A stretch of DNA of 64,000 bases from Terriglobia bacterium (GTDB lineage Bacteria > Acidobacteriota > Terriglobia > JAJPHL01 > JAPKYU01), in contig CBDBKE010000001.1 in assembly GCA_965206645.1 (NCBI GenBank), forward strand, positions 128,001 to 192,000, written 5' to 3'. The first letter of the stretch is position 1; each line of letters opens with the position of its first letter. Under the pieces are notes generated by a model. That model did not search any database and had not been told where the DNA came from. It saw nothing but the letters and a program-made list of their open reading frames with translations. This document shows, piece by piece, positions 59,459 to 64,000 of this stretch. Made by a program: the position numbers and the translations under genes.

Positions 59459-60586
59459 TTATTGCTCTGGCTGTTCGAGCTGCGCTTTCGCCTGCTGCTG
59501 TAACTCCGCGATTCCGGCCCGGACTTGATCGGCGTTGGGCGCCTTGGGGCTCTCTTGCAAAAAGGTGCGCAGTTGCTTTTCCGCTTCCTCCAGCTTTCCT
59601 TTCTGCCGGTAGATTTGGGCTAGCAACAGGTGGATCTGAGGCAGCTGGCGGTGCTCGTGCCGGTCCGCTTGCAGGGCGCTCTTTTCGGCTTCCTCCAGAC
59701 GGCCCAGCGACAGGTTGGCGTAGGAGTGGAAGAAATGCCCCGGGCCCAGGGCGGGATAGAGCTGGAGGAGTTCGTTGGAGGTTTTCAGCAACTGCTGCGG
59801 CTGATTGTCCGACATTTGCAGAGAAGCCAGGCTCACGTAAGCGCGCACCCATTCGGGGTCGGCGGCGATCGCCTGCTCGAAGGCTCGGCTCGCCTCCTCC
59901 TTTTGATTCTGCCCCCGGTAGATCCGCCCCATCTCGTTGAAAGCCTCTGCGTATTGGGGATAAATCTCGGTGGCTTTCTGCAGCCACCCGAGGGCCTCCT
60001 CGTACTTCTTCTTTCGCGCGGCCTTGCGGGCTTTCCTAAGTTCCTTGGCGGCTTTCTTGGGCACGTTCAGGCTGGCCACACTGATGATGGCGCCGCCTGC
60101 GGGGTTGTTGCCAGCGCGTTTGGTTCTCCGAATTCTCTCTGGCCGGATGATGATCGTGGCCGGAATGCCTTGAAAGAAATCCACATCTTCCACGTATTCG
60201 TAGCCGTTACCGAGGTCCACGCGGATTTCATAACGCTTGTCGTGCTGCTGCCCCTCAAACCGGAACGTACCGTTCCCGTCGGTCATGGTGGTACCCACGA
60301 GCATCATGTCCCGGTAGAGTTCCAAGCGCAGAAAAGCAGATGGCGCGTGTAACATTCTGATTCTCCCGGAGATGCCGCGGTTGAAGCTGCCGAGTGGGTC
60401 TACTCCCAAGGGCTCGGAACCGGGATAGATGGGTCGCGTCCTGATGGAAGAGGGCTGAGCAGGGGACGCCGGGCCTTGTGAGCCCGTTTGCTGAGCCCAG
60501 AGCAGGGAAACAGAAAGTAGCACAGCTAAACCCAGGTTTCGGGCTAAACCCAAGTTTCGGGCCAAACTCACGTCTCGGATTCCCAT
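59459..60586 (-). CDS. Exported beta-sandwich + TPR protein, paralog B
   Basis: ATG 60586 (MGIRDVS); long stretches identical to paralog A, e.g. EKQLRTFLQESPKAPNADQVRAGIAELQQ. Confidence 0.87.
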   Translation of the reverse strand: MGIRDVSLARNLGLARNLGLAVLLSVSLLWAQQTGSQGPASPAQPSSIRTRPIYPGSEPLGVDPLGSFNRGISGRIRMLHAPSAFLRLELYRDMMLVGTTMTDGNGTFRFEGQQHDKRYEIRVDLGNGYEYVEDVDFFQGIPATIIIRPERIRRTKRAGNNPAGGAIISVASLNVPKKAAKELRKARKAARKKKYEEALGWLQKATEIYPQYAEAFNEMGRIYRGQNQKEEASRAFEQAIAADPEWVRAYVSLASLQMSDNQPQQLLKTSNELLQLYPALGPGHFFHSYANLSLGRLEEAEKSALQADRHEHRQLPQIHLLLAQIYRQKGKLEEAEKQLRTFLQESPKAPNADQVRAGIAELQQQAKAQLEQPEQ

Positions 60587-60687
60587 AAGAAACCTCACCC
60601 TTGGGGGATCTGCTGGGCGACAGCATACGCGCCCTTCACTGTTGAGGCAACGCCGCATTCCCAAAGTCCCCAGCCTTTTGCCTACCG

Positions 60688-61368
60688 CTAGTGTGGAGCC
60701 GACTTGAAGATCAAGATGTACTGGTTGGGCAGTACCGTCGGCGAGGCTTCAAGCTTCCAGCCGAAACGCTGGACCTCCTTCACCACTCCATCCCGGTCCA
60801 GGCGGACGTGGTCGCGCATCTCGTCCCGCTTGAAGAAATCCACAATGGCAATGCGCCCCTCGGATTTGAGCGCCCTTCGCAGGTGGTCCAGCATGGCTTT
60901 GGGAAATGCGAAGTGGTGATAGCAATCCAGCATCACTGCCAGATCCATCTCGCCAGGGGGCAAGCGCGGGTTCAGCTCGTCGCCCAGAAGCAACAGGACG
61001 TTCTCCAGTTCGAATGTCTGGACCTTTTCGCGAGCACGTTCCAGAAAATCCGGGTAGATGTCTTCGGCGTAGACCAGCCCGCCTGGGTCCACCGCCTTAC
61101 TCAGGTAGGGCAGCAGAACTCCGGCGCCGGTGCCGATGTCGGCGACGCGGTCGCCCGGCTGGACGTCAAGTGCAGCGATCAGTTCGCGCGGCTTCAACCG
61201 CTCGATTCGATCTGGATTTTCCAGGTACGCGACGACCCCGGCGCGCTGCTCCGGCGTGTGGTAATGCTCGTTGGGGACCTGGACTGGTTCCGGCTGCTGT
61301 CCCCAGCCAGCAACGCCGAGCAACATCAGGGAAACAGCGAAAATCCTGGAGACGCGGTGATTCCTCAT
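60688..61368 (-). CDS. Class I SAM-dependent methyltransferase with signal peptide
   Basis: VADIGTGAG, VYAEDI, YHH, L...GRIAIVDF. Confidence 0.9.
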   Translation of the reverse strand: MRNHRVSRIFAVSLMLLGVAGWGQQPEPVQVPNEHYHTPEQRAGVVAYLENPDRIERLKPRELIAALDVQPGDRVADIGTGAGVLLPYLSKAVDPGGLVYAEDIYPDFLERAREKVQTFELENVLLLLGDELNPRLPPGEMDLAVMLDCYHHFAFPKAMLDHLRRALKSEGRIAIVDFFKRDEMRDHVRLDRDGVVKEVQRFGWKLEASPTVLPNQYILIFKSAPH

Positions 61369-61428
61369 GACGAGAAACTCCGCCAGACTAGCCGATCCGG
61401 CAGCGGGTTACAACAGGCTACACTTGGA

Positions 61429-63086
61429 CCGGAATTTCCATTTTGAGCTTCCTCTTCACCCGAAAAGCTATGCCTCGTACCCTGTCGTGTCAACCGCAAA
61501 CAGCTCTGGCCTCTTTGAGGTGGTAGTGCGGCACATTTTGGCTGTTCTTCGGAGTCGCTGTGCGGGGTTCGCCTGCCCAGCCTGCCGCGCCGCTGACACT
61601 TATCCGGCCCGACCACTTCTGAGCACCTAAAATTACCCTCTCTCCCGGTTCGCTAGCCGTCTGGCAGCGGCAGTGCCGAGATCGTTCGCAGCATGCTGCT
61701 GAACAGCCTCCGGCTCAAGTGCCCTTCGGCCAGCAAAAGCCAGTAATATCGCGCATGTTTCACCAGCCGTCCTCCCGTTTTCACCAACCGCTGTTGCAAG
61801 CTCGTCAGGGACCAGTTCCCGATTCTCTGTGGCAGCACCAGTCGCCGCCACAGGTTGCCGAGATTATAGGCAATGATGGTGAGCCACAGCCGGACCTCGT
61901 TCGACCGGAACCGGTGACAACTGAGCCGCGTCATCTTCACTGCTTGCTTTCCTTCTTTGATCCACTGCTCCGCTGTCCCCCGCTTGTTGTAAAACCGCAT
62001 CACCGCCCGACTTGGCAGAGTCAAGTTCGTAACGATAAACCCTACTCGCGGGAACAGCTCCCCTGGATGATGCTCCACCTTGGCCACCACCCTGCGGGCT
62101 GTCTTCCAACTGGCCGCTTGGTATAGAAAGCCCTTGAACTCCACCAACGGCTTCTTGCTGGGTCTCCCCACCGGCCGAGTCAGCAACTCCTCAATGTCCC
62201 GCTGTAGGCTGTCGTTAGCCGGGATGCGGATGGCGTACTTTACCTCCCGCTCCTCCAGAGCCTCGTAAATCTCCGGCTTGGCAAAGGCCGCGTCGGCACG
62301 AAACACCACTTCCTTGCCCAGCTGCTGCTGCCGCTCGATCTCCGGCAGGAGAAGTTCTTTCCAGTCCTCGGCGCTGTGCACGTTGCCCGGTCGCAGCTTG
62401 GCCGCCAGACAGTCACCCTCGCGATTGAACAGCAACAACGGGTGATAGCAGCTCGACTCGAAATGCCCGTTGTAGGCACTCTGCTCCTGCTGGCCGTAGA
62501 CCGGAATCTCGGTCGAGTCCATGTCCAGCACCACCCGTTGCGGGGAATCCATAGCTTCCGCCCTGGCGATTAAATCCCGGTTGATCGCTGCCAAACCAGC
62601 CAGGTTCTCATCTTGCGTCAGTAGTTCTGTCTCGAACGATTGCAGCCGGGAAGTCAACGCGGCTCCTCGCTCCCAGATCTTTTCTGAACCGATCAGCCGG
62701 AACGTCGGATCTTGAGAGAGCCGTTCCGCGTCATTCATATCTTCGTAACCCGCCAAGCGGCTGTACACGGACTGGCGCAGGAGGTCAGCAAAGGGCAACC
62801 GTGTGTTCTTTCTCCGAGGATCGGCCAAGTGCTGTTTGATGAGTTCTCCGAATCCCAAATGTTCGTCTGATTCGCGCACGAGGATCAGGCCGCCGTCGGA
62901 AGTAACCCGCGACCCCTGGAAATCGACCTTCAATGCAGCATTGAAAGAGAACTGAAAGGGCTGATTTTGCCTCTCACCCACTCGGTTTCTACCTCCGGAA
63001 GCTGTATTGACGCTGGAACCGGCATAAATATTGGCGTCGGAGGTCAGTATAAGGTTAGCTTTGGAGTTTTAAAACGGAAATCCGGG
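61429..63086 (-). mobile_element. IS1380-family insertion sequence, about 1.66 kb
   Basis: Imperfect IRs CCGGAATTTCCATTTT (61429) and AAAACGGAAATCCGGG (63086), 13/16 match. No clear target duplication. Confidence 0.88.
61653..62981 (-). CDS. IS1380 transposase
   Basis: TSDGG, GYED.ND, LDMDST, YHPL, RADAAF, YNKRGTAEQWIKEGK. Confidence 0.95.
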   Translation of the reverse strand: MGERQNQPFQFSFNAALKVDFQGSRVTSDGGLILVRESDEHLGFGELIKQHLADPRRKNTRLPFADLLRQSVYSRLAGYEDMNDAERLSQDPTFRLIGSEKIWERGAALTSRLQSFETELLTQDENLAGLAAINRDLIARAEAMDSPQRVVLDMDSTEIPVYGQQEQSAYNGHFESSCYHPLLLFNREGDCLAAKLRPGNVHSAEDWKELLLPEIERQQQLGKEVVFRADAAFAKPEIYEALEEREVKYAIRIPANDSLQRDIEELLTRPVGRPSKKPLVEFKGFLYQAASWKTARRVVAKVEHHPGELFPRVGFIVTNLTLPSRAVMRFYNKRGTAEQWIKEGKQAVKMTRLSCHRFRSNEVRLWLTIIAYNLGNLWRRLVLPQRIGNWSLTSLQQRLVKTGGRLVKHARYYWLLLAEGHLSRRLFSSMLRTISALPLPDG

Positions 63087-63326
63087 CTCATTCATCATTC
63101 CCGGCTGGTAGTCGCCGAAAGCTCGGAAAAAGATTCCGGTGCGGCTCAGGTCCCTCATGGTCCCCACTTGCGAGGACAGGTGGGAAACCTTGACCAGGAT
63201 TTTAGCGTCGCTCTTGAGGCGATAACGGTCCCGCCGATTGGACGCCTCATGTTTGGGCTTGTCAGGCAGCCGCTGCGAGTCGACAGGCGCCTGTGAATCC
63301 ATCACTCCAATTGACCTGAGTTCCAT
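63087..63326 (-). pseudogene. PilZ-domain gene truncated by IS1380
   Basis: RRDRYR and RDLSRTG (RxxxR, DxSxxG) motifs; GGAGG RBS; the frame enters the IS end after about 80 codons. Confidence 0.7.
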
Positions 63327-63709
63327 CTTTTTTTAACCTCCCATGTCCTGCAAGCACCTAGTTGAACGCAGTGGCCTCGAGCAGCCAATAGGCTAACAGT
63401 TACATTTTGCTCGGTACTTTTGGACCAGCGGGGACGCGCCCAACAGGTGCCCCCAATTCTCTCAGGAGAGAGGACAAGCTAGCTGTTCAGAAGTCTTTCA
63501 GTCAGAAGTCTTCGGAAGGATAAGTGTTAGCGACGACGCGGATTGGAGGTGAGAGAAAGACCAAACCAGTAGCGGAACGGTCAAAGCCGGCCGCGATGCC
63601 ACCCGGGAGATGGCTATGGCGATCTGACCTTGAGTCGACAGGTTAGCTAGCGTATGCTCTTGGGCGAAGGGGAGGCTCAAAGTGGCAATTCCGGTAAGGA
63701 TACTTAGCT

Positions 63710-64000
63710 ATGGCTGATCCTGAACTGATTGATCCCACGATTGATCCGGTCTCGGGTCCCACCCTGCTGGAGTACGAGAATATAGGTGTGGACATCACCG
63801 GCTCGGTGGCGCAGCTGACCCTGAACCGTCCCGCTACGAACAACTCGCTCACCATCCGCATGATGCAGGAAATCACCCAGGCCATCGAGCAGCTGCACGA
63901 TGCCAACCAAGTGCGTGTGGTCCTGCTGCGCGCCAGCAAGGAGTCCAAGGCCTTCTCGGCCGGAGTGGCCCTGACGGAGGCCACCCCCGATCGCGCGTTC
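63710..64000 (+). CDS. Enoyl-CoA hydratase/isomerase family protein (runs off the window)
   Basis: Hand translation: ...VAQLTLNRPATNNSLT...VRVVLLR...AFSAGV. Confidence 0.88.
   Translation, partial: MADPELIDPTIDPVSGPTLLEYENIGVDITGSVAQLTLNRPATNNSLTIRMMQEITQAIEQLHDANQVRVVLLRASKESKAFSAGVALTEATPDRAF

Noticed and set aside
58074-59987. 637-aa single ORF for TPR paralog A
   Set aside because: The extension overlaps paralog B out of frame; alignment of the paralogs puts the start at 59228.
63420-63490. Glycine-riboswitch-like ctctcagg...aggac string
   Set aside because: Lacks the GGAGA and CCGAAG core elements, and the downstream gene is an enoyl-CoA hydratase. An Rfam scan would settle it.

Overview
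GC-rich (roughly 63-65% by eye) bacterial chromosome segment. Gene content and intergenic repeat style suggest Acidobacteriota (inference, not searched). The backbone is mostly housekeeping: btuC/btuF-like ABC genes, aroC-def-fmt-rsmB-dprA-topA, CDF, PPIase, cystathionine lyase, cutA, pgm-ftsB, yebC-ruvC, hslVU, hppA, an NtrC-type regulator, CIRCE-groESL, rsmD-recG. It also has several GT-C-like membrane glycosyltransferases and TPR proteins. Mobile DNA: two divergent, non-identical IS3-family elements (23156-24417, 30223-31472) bracket a decaying catabolic mosaic (RidA, BNR protein, truncated PhyH, doubly frameshifted MFS, ThDP enzyme, Rieske protein, amidohydrolase stub), and an IS1380 (61429-63086) cuts a PilZ gene. 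I recognised no CRISPR array, tRNA, rRNA, prophage or defence system, and I cannot claim a demonstrably new system. The best leads are: a multi-stem structured leader in front of hppA; twin sigma54-like promoters with shared upstream motifs driving an NtrC regulator and a pseudo-receiver/HisKA-only protein; an ftsB with no canonical start (ATT start or -1 frameshift); a 25-bp direct-repeat-bounded two-gene cassette; an internally deleted dprA; and a tandem TPR duplication that carries a fossil of the neighbouring gene.
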